NCBI RefSeq assembly: GCF_032191835.1
Contig: NC_083226.1
Location: 147,870,001 to 147,934,000, forward strand
DNA length: 64,000 bases
Source of the DNA: Heteronotia binoei
Taxonomy: Eukaryota
Direction: 5' to 3'
Under the pieces are notes generated by a model, which was not told the DNA's origin, did not search any database, and was given only the letters and a program-made list of their open reading frames with translations. Position numbers and translations under genes: made by a program. Below, piece after piece: positions 35,501-47,129 of this stretch (the stretch's first letter is position 1; the number at the start of each line of letters is the position of its first letter).

Positions 35501-36880
35501 GTCAGCTTTCCCCCAAGATTTAGTTTAAAAACTGCTCTGCCATCTTTTTGATTTTAAGCGCCAGCAGCTTGGTTCCATCTGGGGACAAGTGGAGACCGTC
35601 TCTTTTGCACAGCTCCCACTTGTTCCAGAAAGCATCCCAGTGCCTACCAAACTTAAACCCTTCCTCCCTACACCATTGTCTCAGCCACACATTGAGACTT
35701 CTAATTTGTGCCTGTCTCTCCAGCCCTGCACGTGGAACAGGTAGCACTTCTGAGAAGGCTACCTTGGAGGTCCTGGCCTTAAGTCTCCTGCCTAGCAGCC
35801 TAAATTTTTCCTCCAGGACCTCACGACTGCATTTCCCCACATCGTTGGTGCCAACATGCACCACGACCACTGGCTCTTCCCCAGCACTGTTTATCAGCCT
35901 ATCTACAACATGCGTAATGTCCGCTACCTTCGCACCAGGCAGGCAAGTCACCATACGTTTAATACGCGGTTTTGCCACCCAGCTGTCTACTTGCCTAAGG
36001 ATCGAATCACCAACTACCAAGACCCCCCCCTCTCCCTGCCCAGGGATGGTTCCTTGGCACGAAAGGATACCCGCTCACCAACTGAGGAAGAGGTCCCTTC
36101 TGAGGGCACATTCCCCTTATCCTCAGCATGGTGCCCTGTTCCCTCTTGACCCTCATGCTCCCTGGCAGCAACGGGGCTGCCACGTTCAGAGTGGGGCTCA
36201 TCTAATACATCCCCGAGAGTCTTCTCCGAGTGCCTAACTGGCTGTCTCTGCTTCTCCAGGTCAGTCACCTCGGCCTCAAGGGTACGAACTCGTTCCCTGA
36301 GTACCAGGAGCTCCTTGCATCGAGTACACACCCAAGACTTCTGTTCTGTGGACAGATAGTCATACATGTGACTCTCAGTGCAAAACACTGGAAAGCCCCC
36401 ACCCCCCTGCTGGCATTCTACCTTCATGATAGCTTTTTAAAAATATACAGTCCCCTTTTAAATCCTGTTTGTTTATGTGACTCTCCTTCTGGAGGGTCTA
36501 CTTACCTTATTGGGAACACAAGGAAAATAGGGATCTGGGTTCCTGGTCCTTACACAGCCCCCAGGTAAGAGCCACAGACCAAGAGCTCAGCTTAATAATT
36601 CAAAGGGGGTGGGGCCTCAGTCTGCCCAAGGAACACAGCCACTCCTAATCAATCAGCAACAATCACCTTCAGCCCACTCAAACCAAACAAACAGCAGTTC
36701 CCCAGCAACCACAAACTCAGAATTTTCAGCAATCGCACAGTCACACAAACTCAGAAATTCTCAGCAACTCCCCCAGCTGTTTAGAAAGCCAAACCTCACC
36801 CTTATAGCACTTCTTATCTGCTCTCTCTCAGAGCTCTCTGAAAATTCGCAATCACCAATCCAAAACAGCTTCAATCAAAC
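32584..36880 (-). mobile_element. Near full-length young CR1: ORF1 (Cys-rich N-terminus plus SGNH esterase) and ORF2 (APE plus RT), with frameshifts and an internal deletion
   Basis: ORF1 VVGDSILR..CLPGAKV..VVHVGTND..DGLHLSPDG; ORF2 CLYTNARS, VCYRSP, GSSDHN, RT motifs; CR1 tail at 32584; located in intron 3 of paralog 2. The 5' boundary is approximate. Confidence 0.92.
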
Positions 36881-37049
36881 ATCCGTATGAGTGAATGTTG
36901 GCTTGATTCCATTATGTATTAATTGTACTGGATTGGTGATTGTGGATAATAAGGAAGATGTTATTTCTGGAGGCTCTACAAAAATTGATTGTGATACCCA
37001 GTAAATATAAGTCTACATGAATGAGTTGAGTAAGGAATACTTGAGAGTT

Positions 37050-37240
37050 ATGTGTTAATTAATTTGACGTAGGGATATTACATGATTCAAGTCCACACCA
37101 CTGTGGAAGATTGAAATAACTGAAACGGAGTGAATAAAACCTGGGGTCTTCGTATGGACTTTTGGCTGAGATAAACTGCAGTGTGGAATTCATTATTAAT
37201 TGATTGCCTAGTGTCGGGTTCTTGTTTCTATTATTGCTGA
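37050..37240 (+). mobile_element. Penelope-like relic with a degenerate hammerhead motif
   Basis: CTGTGGAAG...GAAACGGAG...CTTCGTA-TGGACT, with a tail similar to the 25.9 kb arm (gattgcctagtgtcgggtt). Confidence 0.45.
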
Positions 37241-38098
37241 ATATTATAAACCACGAGAGCAAGAAGGCTGCCAGCTGCAGACCTCTTGTTTTCCCCTGAA
37301 AGCCAGAGCTGAAGGTCAGGGTAACTTATTCAGCGAAGTTCCACCCATCATGAAGGGTTGCCACGCAGAGAGAAAATCTGGTGGGATTGCACCCTCTCTT
37401 CACTAGCGGAGAGCTTACTCTGTCAAGTCTCCTCTGCTAGCAGAAGTGAACTTCTCTTATTTTGTTGTTGTTTTTATTTCCAACATTTGGGCACACTTTC
37501 CCCAACCAGTTCTCAGGGATATGGAAGTGAACACCCATGGGACATAGACAATTCTGTTCCTTTAGTCCCCAGTTATGTTGGACATTGGGGAAATTGAGAG
37601 AGAACCCCTCTTTAATCGTTGGGTTGTATTCTTCTAAATCAACAATTCAAAATTTTATCCTTAATCAACTCTGGTGGAGTGGTGATGGGGCTTAATCACT
37701 GCTTGCAGCAAATGCAAATGCCATTTTTTCCCTTTGTTCCCCCCAAGATCATAATGTTGTAAGAACACAATAATATAGTAAAAAAGTAAAATAATTAATG
37801 AACTGTCACTTTGGCTACCAAAAGGAAAACTGTAATTCAGACTCTCTTATTCAGTCATCTACTCCCACACAGGAAAAGAACTGAGAATGATTCATTCAGA
37901 AATTCTATGGCCACTGTGCAGAAACAGAACAGCTCAATGTAATGGAAGCCCTCAAAAACTCTTTGCCACCAAAAACAAAGTCAATGAATGAGGTCTCTTC
38001 CAGACTCTGTGGAAGTGTGTGGATCAGCTGGCTTGGAAACAACAAATACCTGAGACTGCCCTATGTTTATAAGCATCCACTGTTCTTTGTTTCTTCAG

Positions 38099-38356
38099 CT
38101 TAATAAAGAAGCAAATATTACTGAAGCTGTAAAACCCATTATGCTTCCCACAACGTGTGAGGATGTCGTGGCACAAACACAGTGCCTGGTGGTTGGATGG
38201 GGATTCACAAAAAATGGTGGGAGTGTATCTGATATTCTGCGTGAAGTTAATGTCAGTGTCGTGGAGAGACGCATTTGCAATAACAAGAAGCACTATGATG
38301 GCAGATATGTGACCTTCAACATGCTGTGTGCTGGAGGTGTCAAGGATACATGTAAT
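38099..38356 (+). CDS. GZMA: Granzyme A-like paralog 2, exon 4 (Asp189)
   Basis: cttcag|LNKEANITEAVKPIMLPTTCEDVVAQTQCLVVGWG...SDILREV...MLCAGGVKDTCN|gtaaga; 258 nt. Confidence 0.95.
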
Positions 38357-39409
38357 GTAAGAATACCAATTCTGTTCTCCTTGTAGGTCTAAGATTAGTA
38401 GAAAACATCTTTTTAATTAATATTGAAGCCAAGGAAGAAGTGCTGATTGAGATGTAAGGTGGCTCAAGATGGACAATATTGTTTTATACAGCTGCAACAC
38501 TCATAAGAATTTATCTACAAATACCTGATTGTTTGGAAGATTTCCATTGAGGCTTTTGCTGGCAGTTTTGCTCCATAAAGAGACCTGCCTATCAATCACA
38601 TGAGAGCTAGTGATAATTAAATTTATGCAGTTAAGTGATACCTGAGTTTATGCAATTAAGGGGGTGGGTTGCCATGTAAGGAACCCTAGCTTGGACACTC
38701 AACTGGCAGAAGGTAGCAGTGTAGGAGGACATGACAGATTGGACCAATCTTGCCTCCCAGATCCATGCCACTGCTGCCTAGATCCATGACTGCCTTTGGG
38801 CCAGAACAGTGCAAACGAAGCAGCAAAATGAACTGACCCTGGGCTGGGAATTTTGGAAGGAAGAGCTTCAGTCTGATTATGTTCACTGCATACATTGGCT
38901 CTTAAAAGCTGCACTTCGTTACATAAAAATCAGCATCCCAAAACTTTGTATCTTGCAGAATTACTGTTAATGCTTGAATGCTGAAATGCTCCTTTGTCCC
39001 AAAATTTCTTTGCAAATAAAATTTAGCTTGACAGGGAGGTAGTTTTAAGTCTGATATCCACTTTTCATAGATGCAGAGAAGTGTTTTTCAATGGGAATGC
39101 AAGTGTATTTGTAAGTGCCATGTTAATTTCTTTTTAATCAGTACAGAAATTATGTTTGTTTTTTGAATTAATTTTCAACTTCCTAAAAATATTTTCAGCT
39201 GCTGAAAATATATGTATTCAGTGGATCAGTACAGCCATTAGAATGTCATGGCTATTCTGTATTTCATGTAGTTTCAGCAAGTCACTAAATGCCAGAACTT
39301 CATTTTCATAACACATGTTGTAGGTCATAATTCCCATTACAGTAGCCTTACTGAATAGAGGCAGGTTTTAATTTTTCTGGATAATAGCACGTGTTTTTCT
39401 TTTCCCCAG

Positions 39410-39565
39410 GGTGACTCTGGTGGCCCTTTGATATGTGGGAGAATACAAAGAGGCATCACTTCTTTTGGTGAATCAGAGAAATGTGGTTCTCGCAAATACC
39501 CAGGTGTCTATACTCGTCTCACAAAGAAATATCTCCGCTGGATTAAGAAAACTGTGAGAGGTTAA
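39410..39565 (+). CDS. GZMA: Granzyme A-like paralog 2, exon 5 (Ser195, stop)
   Basis: ttccccag|[51 protein letters not shown]; 156 nt. Confidence 0.95.
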   Translation, partial: GDSGGPLICGRIQRGITSFGESEKCGSRKYPGVYTRLTKKYLRWIKKTVRG

Positions 39566-39775
39566 CCTAGGCAGATCGTTAGATTTTATGCTTTGCTCTC
39601 TTGATGCCTGTAGATATAATGCCTTTGATCTGATTTTCTGCTAAAACATATGCTATGTGACTCAATGACCATGTAGGGCGTAATCTAGAAAAAGCTATAG
39701 TCACTATATTCAATTGCATCTGCCCTTTTTTGATAGGCCAAGGGGTAAATTTGGGTTGAAAGGTGAAATGCTTTA

Positions 39776-39793
39776 AATAAATGCATAAATAAA
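39776..39793 (+). terminator. Tandem AATAAA polyadenylation signals of paralog 2
   Basis: AATAAA at 39776 and 39788, about 210 nt after the stop codon. Confidence 0.6.
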
Positions 39794-39996
39794 CTCTCCT
39801 TTTTGTTGTCATCTTCTAGCTGAATCCTGTCTGACACTTTTTTCTTAATTAAAAAAAAAAGAATTGCATATTTGTCAAGAGTAGTGTGAAAAATCTCAGT
39901 ATCTACAACTGAAAGATACAAAGAAAAATACTTTGATTTGTTAGAATTTGTTCCGCAGACAGGATACACCAACTGCTTAATGAGTTGTGGAAATAA

Positions 39997-40165
39997 GGTT
40001 CAATCCCAGGTTCAATCCCTGGCATCTCCAAAAAAGGGTCCAGGCAAATCGGTGTGAAAATCCTCAGCTTGAGACCCTGGAGAGCCGCTGCCAGTCTGAG
40101 AAGACAATACTGACTTTGATGGACAAAAGGTCTGATTCAGTACAAGGCAGCTTCATATGTTCATT
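39997..40165 (+). mobile_element. tRNA(Ala)-derived SINE, 5'-truncated
   Basis: Same family body and tail. Confidence 0.75.
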
Positions 40166-40280
40166 AGTTAGCGGGAATCTCATTTTTAAAAATGCTGGCC
40201 ATACTGCTGTGACAGGCCATTTTTATCAAGTGAGGGGACCCACAGAGTCTCCTATGATTTTTGGGAAACCCAGTTTGTTA

Positions 40281-40430
40281 AGAACATAAGAGAAGCCATG
40301 TTGGATCAGGCCAACGGCCCATCCAGTCCAACACTCTGTGTCACACAGTGGCCAAAAATTTTATATACACACATACACTGTGGCTAATAGCCATTGATGG
40401 ACCTCTGCTCCATATTTTTATCTATCTATT
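40281..40430 (-). mobile_element. CR1 3' UTR fragment
   Basis: aagaacataagagaagccatgttggatcagg, identical to the tail of the young CR1 copies. Confidence 0.8.
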
Positions 40431-40491
40431 TTGTAAAATATAAACCTTCCCCTCAGTTATCAGGCGTTCTTAAGGTAGCAAGTGTATAGGA

Positions 40492-40692
40492 ATTAGGGAT
40501 GCCAGCCTCCAGGTGAGACCTGGGAATTGATCCCCTGAAATTACAGCTCATTCTCAGACTATAGAGACCAATTCCTGGCAGAAAATGGATGTTTTGGAGG
40601 ATGGACTCTATGGCATTATATTCCAGTGAGGTCCCTGTCCTCCCCAGACTCAAATCTCCAAGAGTTTCCTAACCTGGATTTGGCCACCCTAC
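40492..40692. mobile_element. hAT-type MITE with TAGGGTTGCCA termini; related pieces at about 1-142, 940-1140, 9842-10130, 16165-16370, 41850-42440, 42792-43010 and 57630-57730
   Basis: Recurrent TAGGGTTGCCA / TGGCAACCCTA termini and a shared interior (gactctatggcattata.., ctccaggtatttccc). Confidence 0.6.
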
Positions 40693-43478
40693 CCACCCCC
40701 ATCCTCTGCCAGTGGGGACCTGGCAATTCTACTAAGAATGGGTTTGTTGCTGTGAGGCAGGTTTTGTGGTTAGCAAATAAAATATGGAGATCACTGAGGC
40801 AGGAATATTAACAACACAGGTTTATTCACATACAAGTTGGTTTCAAAGAACAGATAAGCAGTACAGGTCTCCACATAGACAAAGCAGAGGTGAAGCACAT
40901 TAATTTAAACTAGTTATGGCTCCAGAGAGTAGTATGAATTTTTTCGAATGCTTTCAGGCATAAACATGCTTTTACTGACGAGCCACTAGGATGGATCCTC
41001 TCTCACACTCAACATTCCACCCACACTAGCCTGCCCTTTCCCCAAGAGTCAGACTGAAGACTACAAGGTCTACTCATTACCAGAGACATTGTACTTCCAT
41101 CCGTCTGCTCTTTTCCTGAGCCAGACCAGAGCTCTCACTACTCTTTTCCTGAAGCAGAACTCAATTAAACTTCGCAAGAGTTTTCCAGTGAACGTCAAGC
41201 TGTATACTTTTTTTTTCTTTTGCAAAAAACAAAACCACGTAATAACTTTTATTAGGACCAACCAAAAGTATGCAAGCTTTTGTGGCCCCCAGAACTCTTA
41301 ATTAGACTGGACATTCAAAGAGGCGGGGAGAGAAAAACATTGTTTCAGAGCATGATCTTCAGGCTTCTTCTTTGAATCCTGCATAGCAGGTTTGCACAGA
41401 TGAAATGATGCTGGGAAGAACCATTGTCAAGGTACACCTGTGGTCTTCTGGGAGGAAGGAAAAATTGGCAGCCTCCCCCTGAAAATATTAACAACAGTAG
41501 CCGATCAAAAGTTTCTGTATGGTCAAATGGAACTCAGAGTTCTCTTAAAAGGTTGAGAGCAGAGGCAATATACAGTAGTCATTATATCAATAAATCTAGA
41601 ATTTAGTTTTAGATTATATACTAGGAAAAAGGAAGCCTGCATAATCTGATCAGTAAACAGGAGTCAAGAAATGGCAATAGTATCAGTTAGGCCAGGGCAT
41701 GAATCTCTGGGTGGCCTTTGGCTAGTCATTCTTTCTCAGCCTAACATTCCTCACAGGGTTGTTATGGATACAAAATGGAGAAACACATAACACTGTATAT
41801 CAGCCTGATCTCCTTGAAAGAAGAGTGGGATTTAAGTTCCCTGTGACAGCTATCTTTACCCACTACCAGTCCAGGGTCGGTGGGAGATTTTTAAATTTTT
41901 TTTTTAAATCAGCATCTTGGGCACCACTACATCACTTCTGAAGAAAACCTGGAAGTGACATAGGGAAGCTCTAGGAATTACTGAAAACTCTATGGTTTTA
42001 CAATAGTGTTTCTGGTGATTCCTAGAGCTACCCTATGTCACTTCCAAAAGTGATGTTGCATGATATTGTCACATCTCTAAGTCTCTGCCCTCAACCCACC
42101 AGGTCTTACCTGGCAGCTGGCAGGGGGATCCTTGGTCCTTTCTGGGATCTTCTGCCGAACATGTGAAGATGTCACCTAGAAGTTATATCATCATGTCACC
42201 GATGATGGGGCGTGTGTGTGTGTGTGTGACACTGTAGGGGTTTGGGTTTTTTTGCAAAACTCTATGGTTTGTAGCTGATTTTACCATAGTTTTGCCCACT
42301 GGTGATATGATTATGTCCTTTCCAGGTGATGTCATGTTGCCTTTCAGGCCAGTTGGGGGCAGGATGTCCCAGCTGGCCAGTGGTGGGGAAGCACGCTGCA
42401 AAAATAGGAGTTCCCCCACCCCTGGCAAGGGTCTGGCAACCATACTCCAGGTATTTCTGAACGTGGGCTTGGCAATCCTCTGAGGAGGTTATTGTTTCAT
42501 AGCGTGCATTACAGGTGGTATGGCCTGGAAATTGAACACAAGTTTAAAGTTGCACAATGAACATCATTTTCCAATCCTGTCAGTGTATCTCTGTGACTGC
42601 ATGCATAACCTAATTTGGAGATAATGTCAAAATTCTAAATTTGAAGCCCTCTGTGAATGTGAGGCCTGGGTTAAACGGCCTTCTATTCCCCTACTATGAT
42701 AGGCCCTGGGGAAAACTCAAATGAAATTTCACACTACATTTCAGAAAGAGGCAGGCTCCATGGAAGTAAATGAAATTTAGGTGCCTCTAACGAGGGTTGC
42801 CAATCTCCAGATGACACCTGGAGATCTCCTGCTATTACAAAAGTTATCCAGATTACCATGATCAGTTCCTCTGGAAAAAAATGGCTACTTTGGAGGGTGA
42901 ACTCTATGGCATTATACCTTGGCGAGATCCCTCTTCTAAAACCCCAGCCTCCTTAGGCTCCACTCCCCAAATTTCCAGGTATTTCCCAACGCAGAGCTGG
43001 CAGCTCTACTGGATTCTGTCCTACATGGGTTATATATGTCTTAATTGATTAATGTGAGCCTGTACACGTGACACTGGATTGTCATTTAATGGACAATTTG
43101 CATTTATACAAGGCAACTGGTTCTACTGCATGCGACTTGAAGCACCATTGAAATGGGAGACAAAAAACCTTTATCTTGCATTGAGACTGTTCACCTCTCT
43201 AACCTAGAATTTCCAGTCTAACCCTGAGTACATAAAGATTTGTGAGGGAATTCTTACAAGGATTCTAGATTTTAATGAAACACTCTCTCACACACATATT
43301 TCCTTGTGCATCAATAAACATAGAATGCAGTTGCGACATCTGAAATAGTGGTTAATGAGATAAGCGTAAATTACTGAACAAAATTTTAAAAAGTGGTACA
43401 TTAATGTATGTATGTATACACACACACACACAGAAGCATTATGGACATAGAGAGCACCAATCCAATAACCTACTGAAG

Positions 43479-43634
43479 TCACCAGAATACAATTTTCTTA
43501 ATCCATTCAATATTGTTCTTTGTGAGACGAGCATAGACACCGGGGAACTGGGGATCACCACATCTTCCCTCTCGACCAAAGGAAGTGATGCCTCTTTGTA
43601 TTCCTCCACATATCAAAGGACCACCGGAGTCACC
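43479..43634 (-). CDS. GZMA: Granzyme A-like paralog 3, exon 5 (Ser195, stop)
   Basis: ttccccag|[51 protein letters not shown]; 156 nt. Confidence 0.95.
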   Translation of the reverse strand, partial: GDSGGPLICGGIQRGITSFGREGRCGDPQFPGVYARLTKNNIEWIKKIVFW

Positions 43635-44362
43635 CTGGGGAAAAGAGAGACACTTGACATCATCAACCACTAAAGATGAAATGTAGTCTCCTTTGGTCAG
43701 ACTGGTACAAGGAAAATTAGAAAAAAATGAAGTTCTAAGTGCCATTGTGATGCACAGTTGGGCAATGGAAAGGTTTTTACACAGGCAAAAGAAATGTCTG
43801 TTACCTCCATCCACACTGTCATGCTTTGCCAATCTGGGGATCCAAGTGGCTGCTTGGATTGCTTGGAAGCATCCCCCCTCAATCATTACATGCACATGCA
43901 ACAATACACTTGATTACATAAATCATTTGACTGCATTTATTTGTTTTATTTATTTATTTACTTTAGATTTATATGCCACCCACTCCATGAGCAGACTCTG
44001 GGCGGCTAACTATCATGGTAAAAACAATTCAAATTACAATAATAAAAGAATAAAAATATATATAAACAATTTAAAACTACATTATTAGGTGCTATAAGAA
44101 GTGCATAAATTAGCACTGAAGGTTGTTACTGAAATGCACGGATGGTCCAGACTAGTCCAATCTGATCAGCTCCAGGAGGCTAAGCAGGGTAAGCCCTGGT
44201 TAATATTTGTATGGGAAAACACTAAGAGAGTCCAGGGTAGCCACACAGAGGCTGGCAATGGCAAACCACTTCTGAATGTTTCTTGCCTTGAAAACTTAGT
44301 TGGTTGCACTTTCTACCACCACCACCACCACCAATATGCAGGTCTTAATGAAGACCTGGTAT

Positions 44363-46388
44363 ATAAGAACATAAGAGAAGCCATGTCGGATCAGGCCAAT
44401 GGCCCATCCAGTCCAACACTCTGTGTCACACAGTGGCCAAATATATATACACACACATATACACACACATACTGTGGCTAATAGCCACTGATGGACCTCT
44501 GCTCCATATTTTTATCTAACCCTCTCTTGAAGCTGGCTATGCTTGTGGCCGCCACCACCTCCTGTGGCAGTGAATTCCACATGTTAATCACCCTTTGGGT
44601 GAAGAAGTACCTCCTTTTATCCGTTCTTACCCGACTGCTCAGCAATTTCATTGAATGCCCACGAGTTCTTGTATTGTGAGAAAGGGAGAAAAGTACTTCT
44701 TTCTCTACCTTCTCCATCCCATGCATAATCTTGTAAACCTCTATCATGTCACCTCGCAGTCGACGTTTTTCCAAGCTAAAGAGCCCCAAGCATTTTAACC
44801 TTTCTTCATAGGGAAAGTGTTCCAAACCTTTAATCATTCTATTTGCCCTTTTCTGGACTTTCTCCAATGCTATAACATCCTTTTTGAGGTGCGGCGACCA
44901 GAACTGCACACAGCACTCCAAATGAGACCGCACCATCGATTTATACAGGGGCATTTTGATACTGGCTGATTTGTTTTCAATTCCCTTCCTAATAATTCCC
45001 AGCATGGCGTTGGCCTTTTTTATTGCAAACGCACACTGTCTTGACATTTTCAGTGAGTTATCTACCACGACCCCAAGATCTCTCTCTTGGTCAGTCTCTG
45101 CCAGTTCACACCCCATCAACTTGTATTTGTAGCTGGGATTTTTGGCCCCAATGTGCATTACTTTGCACTTGGCCACATTGAACCTCATCTGCCACGTTGA
45201 CGCCCACTCACCCAGCCTCAACAGATCCCTTTGGAATTCCTCACAATCCTCTCTGGTGTCAGACATTGGATAGTATCACTGTGTTATTATGCTAAATGTA
45301 TTCTGTAACTTGTTCCTTGACATGACTAACACCATTTTGAATTCCTAATACTAACTGTGAAGCAGAAGACCTTGCATATCAAACGGTCTTAGAAATGTTA
45401 CTAACCCATGCTGTGAACTCCTCTGCATAACACTAACAAAGCAATAGCCCTTTGAAGACAGCAAGTCTCAAGGAGAGCCAGCAGGAGTAGGGAAAGTGTT
45501 ACTTCTGACATTAGAGTGTGAGAATGTAGGATTGTTTATGAATGCTTTGATGTAAGGCCTTAAAAACCATGTTTCAATGCTCACTATCAGTTCCAATGAC
45601 TGCCTGTCCAGAACTTTGAGATATCAAATAAACGTTACTACTTTTGCAACAAATGATGGTCCGTTTACTTTGAGCTCCAGCGTCTGACATCTGGTTCTCA
45701 CCACCCTGAACAATTTAGTGTCATCTGCAAACTTGGCCACTTCACTGCTTACTCTCAACTCCAAATCATTTATGAACAAGTTAAAGAGCATGGGACCCAG
45801 TACTGAGCCGTGCGGCACTCCACTGCTTACCGTCCTCCACTGCGAAGACTGCCCATTTATACTCACTCTCTGCTTCCTATTAATTAGCCAGTTTTTGATC
45901 CATAAGAGGACCTGTCCTTTTACTCCATGACTCTCAAGCTTACTAAGGAGCCTTTGATGAGGAACTTTATCAAAAGCTTTCTGGAAGTCAAGGTAAACAA
46001 TATCTATCAGGTCTCCTTTGTCCACATGTTTGTTCACCCCTCAAAGAAATGTAACAGGTTAGTGAGGCAAGATCTTCCCTTACAGAATCCATGCTGAGTC
46101 TTCCTCAATAACTCGTGTTCATCAATGTGCCTACTCATTCTGTCCTTAATAATGGTTTCTACCAACTTTCCCGGTATTGAAGTCAGACTGACTGGCCTGT
46201 AGTTTCCCGGATCTGCTCTGGAACCCTTTTTAAAGATGAGGGTGACATTTGCTACCTTCCAGTCCTCAGGAACGGAGGCAGATTTCAGTGAAAGATTACA
46301 TATTTTTGACAGAAGATCCACAAGTTCAACTTTGAGTTCTTTCAGAACTCTTGGATGTATGCCATCCGGACCTGGTGACTTATTAGTG
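44363..46388 (-). mobile_element. Young CR1, 5'-truncated, interrupted by a solo LTR
   Basis: RT ORFs 46034-46321, 45624-46037 and 44478-45266 are nearly identical to the 11.8 kb copy; located in intron 4 of paralog 3. Confidence 0.92.
45257..45689 (+). mobile_element. Solo LTR (433 bp)
   Basis: TGTCAGAC...GTCTGACA inverted termini, perfect 5-bp TSD TCTGG (45252-45256 and 45690-45694), internal AATAAA near 45628. Confidence 0.85.
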
Positions 46389-46596
46389 ACTTATATAAAT
46401 AGCAGCCCACATGGAAATTTTACCACCAGACAGGAATTTATATTGATCTTCAAAATAATTAATAAAATAATTGCTGCTCTACAAAATAATACCTTCCATC
46501 TTAACTGGTATTTCCTCCCTTGGTTTCAAACATTATTAATACATATACTAATCTTTAGCCTATAGGAAAACAGGATTACTCAACAAATGCTCTTAC

Positions 46597-46869
46597 ATTA
46601 CAGGTATCGTTCCTTTGGTTGTTGACACCACCAGCACACACCATGCTCTTTGTCACGACAGGTTGGGAGTCATAGTGATTTCTGTCATTGCAGATGTGTC
46701 TGTCGATAACAGCAACGTTAACTTCACTCAGTGTATCAGATACCTGCCCCTCGTTTTCAGTAATTCCCCATCCAGTCACCAGACACTGTGTGCCTGCTCT
46801 GACATCTTCATAAGTTTTTGGAAGCTGAATGGTTTGAACGTATCGATTAAGATCTGCTTTTCTATTAAG
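46597..46869 (-). CDS. GZMA: Granzyme A-like paralog 3, exon 4 (Asp189)
   Basis: tctccag|LNRKADLNRYVQTIQLPKTYEDVRAGTQCLVTGWG...ICNDRNHYDSQPVVTKSMVCAGGVNNQRNDTCN|gtaaga. CNDRNHY is a GZMA hallmark; 273 nt. Confidence 0.95.
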
Positions 46870-47129
46870 CTGGAGAAATTAAAAAGAAGAAGAGTGTTTG
46901 TTTGTAAGCAAAGATCAGTTCCAGCTATATAACGTAACACACTTTCTGAAATGGACCTCATTCATTCACATAGTTTTCACTGTCAAGCAAAGAGGCTTTA
47001 TTAGAGGTTTTGCATCTTTAAATTCTGCTCCTTCCCTCTTGCTGTTTATATTAGCTTCTGGTGTACATCTTAATCTGTCATGTTCTGTTTATTTACTCTG
47101 GGCATGTTATTTCTCCAGCCTTATGAAGT

